From a virus: 64,000 bases of DNA. The stretch is taken from the IMG/VR virus record IMGVR_UViG_3300020187_000015, positions 32,001-96,000 of that record; one strand, written 5' to 3'. Numbering within the stretch: the first letter of the stretch is position 1; the number at the start of each line of letters is the position of its first letter. The notes under the pieces are model-generated. The model was not told the DNA's origin and did not search any database. It saw only the letters and a list, made by a program, of their open reading frames with translations. Made by a program: the position numbers and the translations under genes. Of the stretch, positions 18,129 through 28,127 are shown piece by piece.

Positions 18129-18907
18129 TATCTCTAGCAACTAGTGCATTTAACATAGAGTCTAATGACTTTGACATTCATTCTGCAATTAAAAACTGGG
18201 AATTGTACGTAGATGAGATTGTTATAAGTACTATACCCTCTAGAGACAACTCTCTGCAAATCCTAAAGGAACTCGAAAGTTCTAAACCTATAAAGATAAT
18301 TGAGGAAGATTTTTCACTGGAAGATCCTGAGTTTGATGGTAAGCTTAAAAATAGCTCGCATCAAAACTCTTCTAACGAAATTGTCGTTCAGTGTGATTTA
18401 GATGAAAGAATGGGCGGAAAGCCAGAAGCCTGGAAAAGCTTTGCAGAAACTCTTTTATCAAATGAGAGTGTAAAATCCTTGTTCATTCCAGTTATTGATC
18501 TTTATGGATCTTATTATGAATATTCCTCTATCAATAAAAAATGGTATATATGCAAGAAAGAGGGTACTAAGAGGGGAGTAGTCTCTTTTGCTAGAAAGCA
18601 AGATGGTAAAATTGATATAGAAAAATCAGATACTTGCGAACTTCTCGATGAAGATGATAATTTAGTTCCATATATTGACATATGCCATCATTATCAAATA
18701 GATCCTCTAAGATATTGCCAGCTACATAATCCCTTCATTTGGCACTTAGGTTATATAGATATGGATAGAAGATCGAAAATTAATTCTTGGTGGAAACCCC
18801 ATTGGGAAAACCGTAAAGGAGAAAGTATTGAAGAGGTTGGAATATCTAAAAAAGATTTAGAATCAAGAGAAACTTTTAAACATAATATTGAAATAGATTT
18901 CTTATAA
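18125..18907 (+). CDS. glycosyltransferase, GT2-like
   Basis: VDEIVI...SRDNS, QCDLDE DxD motif, IWHLGY. Confidence 0.7.
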   Translation: MISLATSAFNIESNDFDIHSAIKNWELYVDEIVISTIPSRDNSLQILKELESSKPIKIIEEDFSLEDPEFDGKLKNSSHQNSSNEIVVQCDLDERMGGKPEAWKSFAETLLSNESVKSLFIPVIDLYGSYYEYSSINKKWYICKKEGTKRGVVSFARKQDGKIDIEKSDTCELLDEDDNLVPYIDICHHYQIDPLRYCQLHNPFIWHLGYIDMDRRSKINSWWKPHWENRKGESIEEVGISKKDLESRETFKHNIEIDFL

Positions 18908-18912
18908 GAATC

Positions 18913-19545
18913 ATGAATAAAAATAATAAAATAAAACAAATTCAAGAAGAGTATGATAAACTAGGGCTAAATTCTTGTTCCGTACCAGAAGAGGATGGCT
19001 GGATATTTGAATCTGCTATGAATATAACGGAATCAAATAATATTCTAGAAATTGGATTTTATAAGGGTGGTAGTGCATTTATTATGCTTTCTTTAGATGA
19101 AGGTGTGAATTTAACTTCAGTTGACCCTATAGATGGATTGGCTTCCGAAGCATATCAAGCTGCTGAACAAAAGCAGTATGATGAAAAACTCAAAGCAACA
19201 GAAAAAGTTAAAGAAAAGTTTGATGATCGATTTACTTTCATTAGAAAGTATTCTCAAGATGTCAGACCAGATTTAGAAGGGCAGTCTTTTGATATGATAT
19301 TTATTGACGGTGATCATTGGGAAAGTGGCATAAGAAATGACTTTCAATTAATGCTAGATTTGAAAATTCCATATGCTCTAGTAGATGATTGGATACAGCC
19401 AAATAATTGCCACAAATCAGTTCCAACAGTATGGGCAGAAAGTTTTCAAGATAAATTGAAAATGAAAACAGTTTTTTTTAGACATGCTATTTCTTGCAAT
19501 GGTGGTCCGATACCAGTTGTATTGCTGGAAAACTTGACCCTTTAG
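18913..19545 (+). CDS. class I SAM-dependent methyltransferase (Methyltransf_24-like)
   Basis: ILEIGFYKGGS, SVDP, FDMIFIDGDH, VDD. Confidence 0.85.
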   Translation: MNKNNKIKQIQEEYDKLGLNSCSVPEEDGWIFESAMNITESNNILEIGFYKGGSAFIMLSLDEGVNLTSVDPIDGLASEAYQAAEQKQYDEKLKATEKVKEKFDDRFTFIRKYSQDVRPDLEGQSFDMIFIDGDHWESGIRNDFQLMLDLKIPYALVDDWIQPNNCHKSVPTVWAESFQDKLKMKTVFFRHAISCNGGPIPVVLLENLTL

Positions 19546-19550
19546 AAAGC

Positions 19551-20306
19551 ATGAAGAACTTACCCATATCATTAACGTTGTATACAACAACCAAAGGACA
19601 TTTTGGCTACAAGGATTGTGCTAAAGATACAATTAATCATCTTTCTAAGATTGACGAAGGTTGTTTTTCTAACAAGTCTGCCCACATAAAGGTATGTGAT
19701 AGCCAGGAAGGTGAAGACAAGTGCGAGGATTTAAAGTCTTTCTTTAAATCAAAAGGTTTTGATGTATTCACGACAAAGGGTAATTGGAACAGAAAAAACA
19801 ATAATCATGCAATAGAGTATTTCAAAGACATGGAAACTCTAATGAATGAAAATGTTGTTCACGATAATGAATTTATCCTATTCCACGAAGATGACTGGTT
19901 AATAAACACTGAAAAGCCTTTGATATATCTTTTGCAGGAGGGCATAAAATTGATGAAAGCAAATAAGGATATTCTTTGTGTAAGAGTTAATGCAGATATA
20001 AATACAGATGTTTCAAAAGCCACAAAAATCACAAATGAAATATACTTACAAAATTTTGATTATACTGAATATGGGCCAACAATAACATTTCAGCCTACTC
20101 TAATGAGAACTAGAGATTGGTATGCAGCAGTAAGACAAATAAACCGAAATGATTTGAGATTCAAATCCCATTGCGAATTACTTAGCGGCATGTTTATGAA
20201 GGGGCTTTTTGCAACAGTGAGTACGCCATTTGCTTTCTTTGATCCTAATACGATTAATGCTACCCACATTGGCTCAGAAGAGTTTGCAAAGGAGAATACT
20301 AAATGA
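19551..20306 (+). CDS. glycosyltransferase, GT-A-like
   Basis: ILFHEDDW motif, TFQPTL, C-terminal HIG; start at ATG 19551. Confidence 0.65.
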   Translation: MKNLPISLTLYTTTKGHFGYKDCAKDTINHLSKIDEGCFSNKSAHIKVCDSQEGEDKCEDLKSFFKSKGFDVFTTKGNWNRKNNNHAIEYFKDMETLMNENVVHDNEFILFHEDDWLINTEKPLIYLLQEGIKLMKANKDILCVRVNADINTDVSKATKITNEIYLQNFDYTEYGPTITFQPTLMRTRDWYAAVRQINRNDLRFKSHCELLSGMFMKGLFATVSTPFAFFDPNTINATHIGSEEFAKENTK

Positions 20307-20356
20307 TTTACTTTGATGAAGGCAGATCAGATTATATTTTAGATTGGTGGCTATGA
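20303..20356 (+). CDS. 17-aa micro-ORF coupling two glycosyltransferase genes
   Basis: MIYFDEGRSDYILDWWL*; ATGA overlaps with both the upstream stop and the downstream start. Confidence 0.4.
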   Translation: MIYFDEGRSDYILDWWL

Positions 20357-21108
20357 AAATAGGTTTTATGCTTTGTGCTTTCAATCAAGAAGAGTTTCTT
20401 GATGGCTGCTTACAGGACCTTGTTCCTTTTTGTAAGGAGTATGGTCATATTATTAGTGCTGTTTCAGTACCTTTTCTCGAATATAAAGATAAAGGTATAA
20501 AGTACGATGGCACTACTAGTATTTTAAAAGGTAAGTTAAAAAATGGTGATATTGATTATTTGATTAGTGATCCCAAATACATAACAGATGCTGAAGCGAG
20601 AAACTTCGCCCTGAAGCCTCTTCTCGAAAATGATTGCGACTTAATATTCTTGATTGATTCTGATGAAAAATTCAGCAAATTGGATTTAGAAAACATTATT
20701 AATTATGTAGAGAATTCTGAATTTATTGATTGGTGGGCTATAAGCTACAAAAATTACGTTGGTAATGGTTACTTGATAGAGCCTTTTACTCCACCAAGAA
20801 TATTCAAAGTAAACGCAAGGGGTTTAAAAGCCTCTCATTTTTATTTTGATAACGACTTACTTTACATCTCTAAAGATGGAAGTGAGTTGAATTACAAATC
20901 CCTGTCCAATAAAGTTATTCCACAGTCCATCGCATGGGTTCCACATTTTACTTGGACTAATACAGAAAGAAATAAGCTCAAAATAGAATATCAAAACATT
21001 CATAATCATGGCTGCTCATACAAATGGGAAGATGGAGAGGTTAAGTTGAATGATGATTTTTATCATCGAAACAATCTTATCAAACCAAATATAATCTATG
21101 AAGATTAG
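20353..21108 (+). CDS. glycosyltransferase, GT2-like
   Basis: CAFNQEEFL, EARNFAL, FLIDSDE DxD motif, PRIF. Confidence 0.75.
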   Translation: MKIGFMLCAFNQEEFLDGCLQDLVPFCKEYGHIISAVSVPFLEYKDKGIKYDGTTSILKGKLKNGDIDYLISDPKYITDAEARNFALKPLLENDCDLIFLIDSDEKFSKLDLENIINYVENSEFIDWWAISYKNYVGNGYLIEPFTPPRIFKVNARGLKASHFYFDNDLLYISKDGSELNYKSLSNKVIPQSIAWVPHFTWTNTERNKLKIEYQNIHNHGCSYKWEDGEVKLNDDFYHRNNLIKPNIIYED

Positions 21109-21255
21109 ATATTTAAAATTTAAGTTAAAATTGTATTTGACAACTCCAATATTTTCATCATACATAAGGGCTGCAACAATTGCAGCAGTTGGATAAAATA
21201 TCCAAAATAAAAAACACCACCAAATAAAAATGAAAGAAAAAAAAGAAATGCAAGT
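21082..21255 (+). repeat. 174-bp direct repeat, copy 1
   Basis: Matches 21954-22127 with about 4 mismatches (offset 872 bp); contains end of upstream gene, TTGACA, two hairpins and first codons MKEKKEMQV. Confidence 0.95.
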
Positions 21256-21949
21256 TAACGTTGATGGAGAAGTTATGGATGAATTAAAAAAAAATAGAGA
21301 GAGCTTATTAAAAAGTATGCATAGTAGTTTTTTTGGTTGTTTTACGCAACAAAGGCATGAAGCTTTTGCGGCAATTAATGATCTTTTAAATTATTATAAT
21401 TTTACAAATATTATTGAAATCGGAACCCATGACTGTGGATTATCTATACCTCTTGCTCTTTATTGCTTGAATTCAAAAATTCCAGTTGAAGCAGAAAATC
21501 CCTCAGAGCCATCTACCCATAAAGCCAGAACTCATCATAAACAACCAAAACAATTTTACACTATGGATATAACTGTAAGAGATATTCATTCTATAAAATT
21601 AATTATTGGGATGGGAGCAAAGTTTTTTAAAGAAGATTGCTTTTTAAAAGAAGCTGAAATTGGAAATTTAATCCAACAAAATGGACGAAGTCTGTTATTA
21701 TGTGACGGAGGGGACAAACCAAAGGAAGTAAATACTTTTGCCAAATATCTTAAAAAGGGCGACATTATCATGGGTCACGATTATTTTCATAGTGAAGAGG
21801 AGGAAGAAAAATATCTTAATAAAATTTGGTATGGCAAGGAATTATGTTATAAAGATGTAGAAAAAACTTTGGAGAAAGAAAATATTTCTGTAATTTACAG
21901 AGAAACTTTTGATCCAGTAGTTTGGATGTGCGCTATAAAAAACGAATAA
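21230..21949 (+). CDS. SAM-dependent methyltransferase (CmcI/Methyltransf_24-like)
   Basis: IIEIGTHDCG, LLCDGGDKPKE, LKKGDIIMGHDY. Confidence 0.75.
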   Translation: MKEKKEMQVNVDGEVMDELKKNRESLLKSMHSSFFGCFTQQRHEAFAAINDLLNYYNFTNIIEIGTHDCGLSIPLALYCLNSKIPVEAENPSEPSTHKARTHHKQPKQFYTMDITVRDIHSIKLIIGMGAKFFKEDCFLKEAEIGNLIQQNGRSLLLCDGGDKPKEVNTFAKYLKKGDIIMGHDYFHSEEEEEKYLNKIWYGKELCYKDVEKTLEKENISVIYRETFDPVVWMCAIKNE

Positions 21950-21953
21950 AATA

Positions 21954-22127
21954 AAACCAAATATAATCTATGAAGATTAGATATTTAAAATTTAAGTTAA
22001 AATTATCTTTGACAACTCCAATATTTTCATCATACATAAGGGCTGCAACAATTGCAGCAGTTGGATAAAATATCCAAAATAAAAAACAACACCAAATAAA
22101 AATGAAAGAAAAGAAAGAAATGCAAGT
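21954..22127 (+). repeat. 174-bp direct repeat, copy 2
   Basis: See copy 1. Confidence 0.95.
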
Positions 22128-22275
22128 AGAGGTCGATGGGAAATTTGAGACCAGGGAAGTGGACTTTATTGTCCATAGAGATGGTTCCCCTTTTAGATAT
22201 CCAAAGATTAATGACTTCGAACATATTTACGAAAATGAAAAAAGAATATTTGTTTTTACTAGTACGGTAAAGTAG
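22102..22275 (+). CDS. small hypothetical protein (57 aa; not in ORF track)
   Basis: MKEKKEMQVEVDGKFETREVDFIVHRDGSPFRYPKINDFEHIYENEKRIFVFTSTVK*; shares its N-terminus with the 21230 methyltransferase. Confidence 0.6.
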   Translation: MKEKKEMQVEVDGKFETREVDFIVHRDGSPFRYPKINDFEHIYENEKRIFVFTSTVK

Positions 22276-22385
22276 ATTCCGTTACACAATTTAGAGCTAT
22301 AATTTTATTTCTTTTAAACTTCTTGCAAAAGTTTTTTGAAAGATGTAATTACCTATTGCCCTAACATACAAAACAAAAAAAACAA

Positions 22386-23354
22386 ATGATATTCGAAGAA
22401 CAAATCGCAAGAAAACCAGATCACTATCCTTGGACAGAGGAATTCATGAGAGCAATGTGGGAAGGACATTGGACAGATAAAGAATTTAGCTTTACGTCCG
22501 ATGTTCAAGACTACAAAATTAACATGACTGACCAAGAAAGGGAGATTATTATTAGAGCCTTATCGGCCATCGGGCAGATAGAGATAGCTGTTAAGACGTT
22601 CTGGGCTAAGATTGGAGACAATCTTCCTCATCCATCTATTAGAGATATGGGTTACGTCATGGGCAATATCGAAGTAATTCACAACAACGCATATGAGCGC
22701 CTGATTGAAGTGCTTGGTTTGGATGACGTATTCGAGCAAAATCTTAAACTGGATTGGATCGATGGTCGAGTTAAGTACCTAAAGAAGTATACTCATAGAT
22801 ATTATAAAGACTCTAAAAAACAGTTCGTTTATGCTTTGATACTATTTACTCTTTTTGTAGAAAATGTGAGCCTATTCTCTCAATTTTATATCATAAACTG
22901 GTTTGGCAAAAAGAACTTGTTGAAGGATACTAATCAGCAAACAGCATATACTGCTAGAGAAGAAGATATCCACGCAAAGATAGGTATCAAGCTAGTCAAC
23001 GTTATTCGTAAAGAGCATCCAGAACTTTTTGATAAAGATCTAGAAGACAAAATCCTACATGAAGCAGAAGAGGCTTTTAAGGCAGAGTCTCAAATTATTG
23101 AATGGATGATCAATGGGATTAAAGAAGAGGGGCTGTCTTCAGATCTGCTCAAAGAGTTCGTAAAAAGTAGGTTAAATGATTCTCTTGAACAAATTGGCTA
23201 CAAAAAGATTTTTGAAGTTGACAGTGAACAATTGGAGAGTACGCTTTGGTTTGATGAAGAGGTATTAGGTAATTCAGCTACGGATTTCTTTAACTCTCGT
23301 CCAGTGGAATACAGCAAAGGAAACAAGTCTTTTGATGAAGACGATTTATTTTAA
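22386..23354 (+). CDS. nrdB: ribonucleotide reductase class Ia beta subunit
   Basis: EVIHNNAY (Fe ligands + radical Tyr), FVENVSLFSQF, REEDIH, DFFNSRPVEYSK. Confidence 0.95.
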   Translation: MIFEEQIARKPDHYPWTEEFMRAMWEGHWTDKEFSFTSDVQDYKINMTDQEREIIIRALSAIGQIEIAVKTFWAKIGDNLPHPSIRDMGYVMGNIEVIHNNAYERLIEVLGLDDVFEQNLKLDWIDGRVKYLKKYTHRYYKDSKKQFVYALILFTLFVENVSLFSQFYIINWFGKKNLLKDTNQQTAYTAREEDIHAKIGIKLVNVIRKEHPELFDKDLEDKILHEAEEAFKAESQIIEWMINGIKEEGLSSDLLKEFVKSRLNDSLEQIGYKKIFEVDSEQLESTLWFDEEVLGNSATDFFNSRPVEYSKGNKSFDEDDLF

Positions 23355-23359
23355 AATTA

Positions 23360-25006
23360 ATGGAAAAATATTATTGGTTAAACGAAGACTCTAGAACATT
23401 TCTTTCTAGAGGTTATTTAAAAAAGGGTCAAAGCCCAGAAGGTAGAATTTCTGAGATTGCCGAAAATGCTGAGAAGATTCTTGGTGTAGATGGGTTTGCA
23501 GAAAAATTCTTAGACTATATGTCTAAAGGTTTTTACTCTCTATCTACCCCTGTATGGGTCAACTTTGGTAACAAGAGAGGTCTTCCAGTGTCATGCTTTA
23601 ATTCTCACGTATCGGATACTATGGAGTCGATCTTAGATAAAGCTTCCGAGGTGGGCATTATGTCTAAAATGGGAGGTGGTACTTCTGGATTTTTCGGAGA
23701 GCTTAGGGCTAGAGGTAAAAATATTTCTGTTGGTGGCGAGTCGTCGGGACCAATCCATTTCATGGAAATTTTTGACAAAATCGCTGAAGTCGTTAGTCAA
23801 GGTTCTGCAAGGCGAGGATCTTTTGCTGCTTACCTTCCCGTTGAGCATCCTGACATTGAAGAGTTTTTGCAGATTAGAGAGGATGGGCATCCTATTCAAA
23901 AAATGAGTATTGGGGTTACGATCACCGATGACTGGATGGAGTCAATGACCGCAGGGGATAAAGATAAAAGAAAGGTTTGGGGTAAGATTATAAAGAAGCG
24001 TTTTGAGAGCGGTTACCCTTATATCTTTTTCTCTGACACGGTCAACAACAACTCGCCTAAGATATATCAAGATCTTGACAGAAAGATAAACAGTTCTAAC
24101 CTTTGTTCTGAAATTTGCCTTAGCTCTAATGAAAACGAGTCTTTTGTCTGTGTATTATCTTCTTTAAATTTACTACACTGGGACAAAATTAAAGAAACTG
24201 ATGCAGTAGAAACTCTAACATATTTTCTTGATGCAGTTAATCAGGAGTTTGTTGATAAGACTGAGAATATCAAGCACATGGAATCTTCGCACAAGTTCGC
24301 TAAATCTCAAAGAGCTTTGGGTATGGGAGCTTTGGGCTGGCATTCTCTACTTCAATCTAAAGGCATTTCCTTTGAAGGTCTAGAGGCAAATATACTTAAC
24401 AGTTCAATTTGGAGTGAAATAGAAAGTAGATCACTAAAAGCATCAAAAGAGATGGCTGATAAGTTTGGTGAACCAGAAATGCTAAAGGGTAAAGGAATAA
24501 GAAATGTTACTAGACTAGCAATAGCCCCAACAACATCATCCTCTTTCATTCTGGGTCAAGTATCTCCGTCTATTGAGCCGTTGAATAGTAATTACTTTGT
24601 AAAAAAACTGGCTAAAGGAAATTTTACTTATAAAAACCCTTTCTTGAAGTCACTTTTAGAATCTAAAGGTGAGAATAGTCCAGAATCTTGGAGATCAATC
24701 TTACTGCATGGTGGATCAGTGCAACACCTAGACTTCTTAAGTCAAGAGGAGAAGAATGTATTTAAAACATTTGGGGAGATATCTCAAAAAGACATTGTTA
24801 TTCAAGCATCTTCTAGGCAAAAGTTTATAGACCAATCCCAGTCCCTCAATTTAATGATTGGACCAGAGGTAAAACCCAAAGATGTTAGCGACTTGTTGAT
24901 TTTTGGCTGGAAGTCTGGAATTAAAACGTTCTATTATCAAAGAAGTGCTAATCCCTCTCAAGAATTAAGTCGGAAGATTAATAACTGTACTTCCTGTGAA
25001 GGATGA
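23360..25006 (+). CDS. nrdA: ribonucleotide reductase class I alpha subunit (short, no ATP cone)
   Basis: PVSCF, SNLCSEI, AIAPTTSSS, KTFYY, C-terminal CTSCEG. Confidence 0.95.
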   Translation: MEKYYWLNEDSRTFLSRGYLKKGQSPEGRISEIAENAEKILGVDGFAEKFLDYMSKGFYSLSTPVWVNFGNKRGLPVSCFNSHVSDTMESILDKASEVGIMSKMGGGTSGFFGELRARGKNISVGGESSGPIHFMEIFDKIAEVVSQGSARRGSFAAYLPVEHPDIEEFLQIREDGHPIQKMSIGVTITDDWMESMTAGDKDKRKVWGKIIKKRFESGYPYIFFSDTVNNNSPKIYQDLDRKINSSNLCSEICLSSNENESFVCVLSSLNLLHWDKIKETDAVETLTYFLDAVNQEFVDKTENIKHMESSHKFAKSQRALGMGALGWHSLLQSKGISFEGLEANILNSSIWSEIESRSLKASKEMADKFGEPEMLKGKGIRNVTRLAIAPTTSSSFILGQVSPSIEPLNSNYFVKKLAKGNFTYKNPFLKSLLESKGENSPESWRSILLHGGSVQHLDFLSQEEKNVFKTFGEISQKDIVIQASSRQKFIDQSQSLNLMIGPEVKPKDVSDLLIFGWKSGIKTFYYQRSANPSQELSRKINNCTSCEG

Positions 25007-25325
25007 TATACTAAATAAGGAGGAGATGGATCTACTCAAGGAAGATTCCCTACCTTCCATAAATCGGTGTCTCGATGTTATAATTAAATCGCGAGACATC
25101 GTTATGGATACGCATAAGTGGAGCGTAGATCGCAGAACGGACGATAGAGTTCTGGATTTATACTCCGCTCTATGTATTTCCTACAAAGGTATGGTTAAAT
25201 ATAAGAATAAGTTTGCTAGAAGTCAAAAACTTGAATCCATGATAAACAATAAGGAGGATTTTACATCCTCTTACTTAGTATGCACAAGAATTATAGAAAG
25301 AATGCTAAAAGAATACAAAGAATAG
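24996..25325 (+). CDS. hypothetical protein
   Basis: 109-aa ORF between nrdA and gmd. Confidence 0.55.
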   Translation: MKDDILNKEEMDLLKEDSLPSINRCLDVIIKSRDIVMDTHKWSVDRRTDDRVLDLYSALCISYKGMVKYKNKFARSQKLESMINNKEDFTSSYLVCTRIIERMLKEYKE

Positions 25326-25361
25326 TTGCTCAATTGCTCTAATCTCAATATCATCTTCCGT

Positions 25362-26390
25362 ATGAAGAAAGTAATTATTACTGGTGTTACGGGGCAAGTT
25401 GGATCTTATATGGTAGATTTTCTGTTGAAAAATACAGACTACAAGATTTTTGGAGCAATCAGAAGATTGAGCGTACCAAATCATCGGAATATTAGCCATA
25501 TCGACAACCCGCGCTTTGAATTGATCGAAATGGATCTGACGGATGAACCAAGCATCTCATCATGTATCCATGAAATTAACCCAGATTATTTTATTAATTT
25601 TGCTGCGAACTCTTTCGTAGGAAATAGCTGGAAAATGCCAATAAATCATTTTGATGTTAATGCCGTAGGTGTTATGCGTCAACTTGAGGCGATAAGAAAG
25701 TTTTGCCCTAACTGTAGATATTATAATGCTGGATCTTCGGAAGAATTTGGCGATGTTGCGTATAGCCCACAAGACCTCAAGCATCCATCCAGACCAAGAA
25801 GTCCGTATGGTGCGGCTAAAGTTGCAGCTAGACAAATAGTAAAGGTATGGAGAGACTCATACGACCTGTATGCGGTTCAGGGCTATTTGTTTAATCATGA
25901 GTCGGAGCGCCGTGGCGAAGAGTTCGTAACAAGAAAGATTACTAAGGCTGTAGCTAGAATCAAGAAGTCTATTGAAAGTGAAGAAGATTTTAAGCCGCTA
26001 GAGCTTGGGAACATGAACGCCAAGAGAGACTGGAGTCATGCAGAGGATTTCGTTGAAGCAGTTTGGCTAATGATGAATCAGGAAAATCCCAAAGACTATC
26101 TTCTTGCTTCTGGCGAAACTCACACAGTAAGAGAGTTTGTTGATTTGGCATTTAAAAATGCTGATATTAATAACAGCTATTTTGAATGGGTTGGCTCAGA
26201 AGAGAGCGAAATTTTATATTGTAATGGTAAAGCTGTTGTTAGGGTTAATCCTGAGTTTTATCGGCCAGCAGAGGTTGACTTATTGCTAGGTGATCCATCA
26301 GAAGCTGTAAATGAATTGGGTTGGATCAAGAGAGTAGATTTTGAGACTTTAGTCAAAAGAATGGTTAATAATGATTTAATCATTGACTAA
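25362..26390 (+). CDS. gmd: GDP-mannose 4,6-dehydratase
   Basis: ITGVTGQVGSY, PRSPYGAAK, FNHESERRGEEFVTRKIT, LGNMNAKRDWSHA, FYRPAEVDLLLGD; start at ATG 25362. Confidence 0.93.
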   Translation: MKKVIITGVTGQVGSYMVDFLLKNTDYKIFGAIRRLSVPNHRNISHIDNPRFELIEMDLTDEPSISSCIHEINPDYFINFAANSFVGNSWKMPINHFDVNAVGVMRQLEAIRKFCPNCRYYNAGSSEEFGDVAYSPQDLKHPSRPRSPYGAAKVAARQIVKVWRDSYDLYAVQGYLFNHESERRGEEFVTRKITKAVARIKKSIESEEDFKPLELGNMNAKRDWSHAEDFVEAVWLMMNQENPKDYLLASGETHTVREFVDLAFKNADINNSYFEWVGSEESEILYCNGKAVVRVNPEFYRPAEVDLLLGDPSEAVNELGWIKRVDFETLVKRMVNNDLIID

Positions 26391-26410
26391 TACTCTACTA
26401 TTAGCATAGT
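26383..26410 (+). promoter_or_regulatory. putative sigma70-type promoter
   Basis: TTGACT-N16-CATAGT-N8-ATG. Confidence 0.4.
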
Positions 26411-26418
26411 CATAATTT

Positions 26419-27024
26419 ATGATTAAAAGAATTAGGGGAATATACAAAGGAAACATATGCAAAAAGGGAGAATATGGAATAGCGCCAAAAATGCTTTTTA
26501 TAGATCTTTATGCAGACGACCAGTTCCTATGTAGCTCTTACGACTTTTCTTTATTAAAATCTTTTAAAAATTTAAACATTAAGCCAAGCAATCTTATTGA
26601 GTTTGATGCTACTGTAGAAACGGAAGACGGATTAAAGATAAAGAGACCCAAAAATGTAAAAAAGATTGACCTGTCCTTCTTGAAAGATTCTTTTGAATAC
26701 TGTTCAAGTAAATTTATCAAGAAAAAGAAGGCCTTGTCTCGTGAAGAAATGAAGTCAGAGAAAATTGCATTCATAAGGATGTATAATAACTATGGAGATG
26801 ATTTTAACTTTTGGAAATTTCTAACACTTGGCTTCGAGTTGAATTCACTGCACTGGTTTTTAACTGACAAGGGGGAGAAATTTGTTAGAGAAAACCTAAA
26901 AAAGTATTATTATAATAATGTTGACATTCCAGAAATAAAGCCTAACTATATTCTTGAAGATGAGTTCGTCGCAGAAAAGATTGAACTAAAAAAACCTAAA
27001 ACAATTATGAATTTTTTAAAATAA
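26419..27024 (+). CDS. hypothetical protein
   Basis: 201-aa ORF, TAATG coupling to the recombinase gene. Confidence 0.7.
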   Translation: MIKRIRGIYKGNICKKGEYGIAPKMLFIDLYADDQFLCSSYDFSLLKSFKNLNIKPSNLIEFDATVETEDGLKIKRPKNVKKIDLSFLKDSFEYCSSKFIKKKKALSREEMKSEKIAFIRMYNNYGDDFNFWKFLTLGFELNSLHWFLTDKGEKFVRENLKKYYYNNVDIPEIKPNYILEDEFVAEKIELKKPKTIMNFLK

Positions 27025-28127
27025 TGGCCAAGCAAAAAATAAAAGAGGGTATGGACCCCACATCTCAGTTAACTTCGTTCTTAAAGCAGAACAAGGATGA
27101 TCACTTTAATTTCGAAGAGTCTGTTGACTTTAGCGTTACCCAAGGAAGTCTACTACTTGACTTACATGTTGGGAAGATTACCCCAGGAATCATTCGTCAT
27201 ACTGGAGTTAGTAGGGGTGGAAAAACTTCTCAAATGCTGGAAGATGTTAAGAACTTTCTACAGGGAGTAGAAAACGCAAGATGTATTTGGGTGTTGGCTG
27301 AAGGTAGGCTAGGCAAAGAAACTAAGAAGCGTTCTGGTTTAAAGTTTACTCATGATCCAGAGACATGGGAAGATGGGAGTGTTTTTGTTTTCGAGTGCCA
27401 AGTATACGAAGCTGTATTTGATCTAGTGAGAAGCTTAATTCGTAACAACCCAGAAAATAAGAGATACTTTTTTGTCATTGATTCTACCAATGGCCTTAAG
27501 CGTAGGGAAGATCTAGAGAAGGCCTCTGGAGCCGTTGAGAAGGTCGCAGGAGCCGCCCTGATAACTTCTGACTTCCTTAGTCGTGTATCACTCGCTATGT
27601 CCAAATTCGGCCATGTATGTGGCCTTATAGGTCAAGTTCGTTCAACTATTAGAATTAACCCGTATGAAAAGGGTTCTCCGCAACTTTCCAGCGCATCTGG
27701 TGGTGCAGCGCAAGATCACTATCCAACAATCTTCCTTGAGTTTCAGCCAAAGTATAAATCAGACTTGATTGGAGATCCAAACGATCCTTCTGGTCACTGG
27801 TGTAAAGTGAACGTTATTAAAACTGATAAAGAGAGGACCTTATCCGTTAAATATCCTATTAAATACAATTCTACTGGGACATCTGGAAGTGTTTGGCTTG
27901 AGTATGAAATTGCCAGCCTTATGATGGAATGGGGATTTGTTAAGAAGGCTGGGGCTTGGCTATCTTTTAGCAGTGAATTCCTTGAAGAGGCAAAATTAAA
28001 TTCTCTAATCCCAGAAAACTCTGAAGATTTCAAGCTTCAAGGCGAACAGAAGCTTAGAGACTGGCTAGAAGAGAATGAGATTGCTAAAAAGTATTTATTT
28101 GAAAAATTTCAATCCCTGCTCTCTTGA
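27024..28127 (+). CDS. RecA/UvsX-like recombinase
   Basis: Walker A GVSRGGKTS, AEGR, Walker B FVIDS, GQVR, SGG, KAGAW. Confidence 0.85.
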   Translation: MAKQKIKEGMDPTSQLTSFLKQNKDDHFNFEESVDFSVTQGSLLLDLHVGKITPGIIRHTGVSRGGKTSQMLEDVKNFLQGVENARCIWVLAEGRLGKETKKRSGLKFTHDPETWEDGSVFVFECQVYEAVFDLVRSLIRNNPENKRYFFVIDSTNGLKRREDLEKASGAVEKVAGAALITSDFLSRVSLAMSKFGHVCGLIGQVRSTIRINPYEKGSPQLSSASGGAAQDHYPTIFLEFQPKYKSDLIGDPNDPSGHWCKVNVIKTDKERTLSVKYPIKYNSTGTSGSVWLEYEIASLMMEWGFVKKAGAWLSFSSEFLEEAKLNSLIPENSEDFKLQGEQKLRDWLEENEIAKKYLFEKFQSLLS

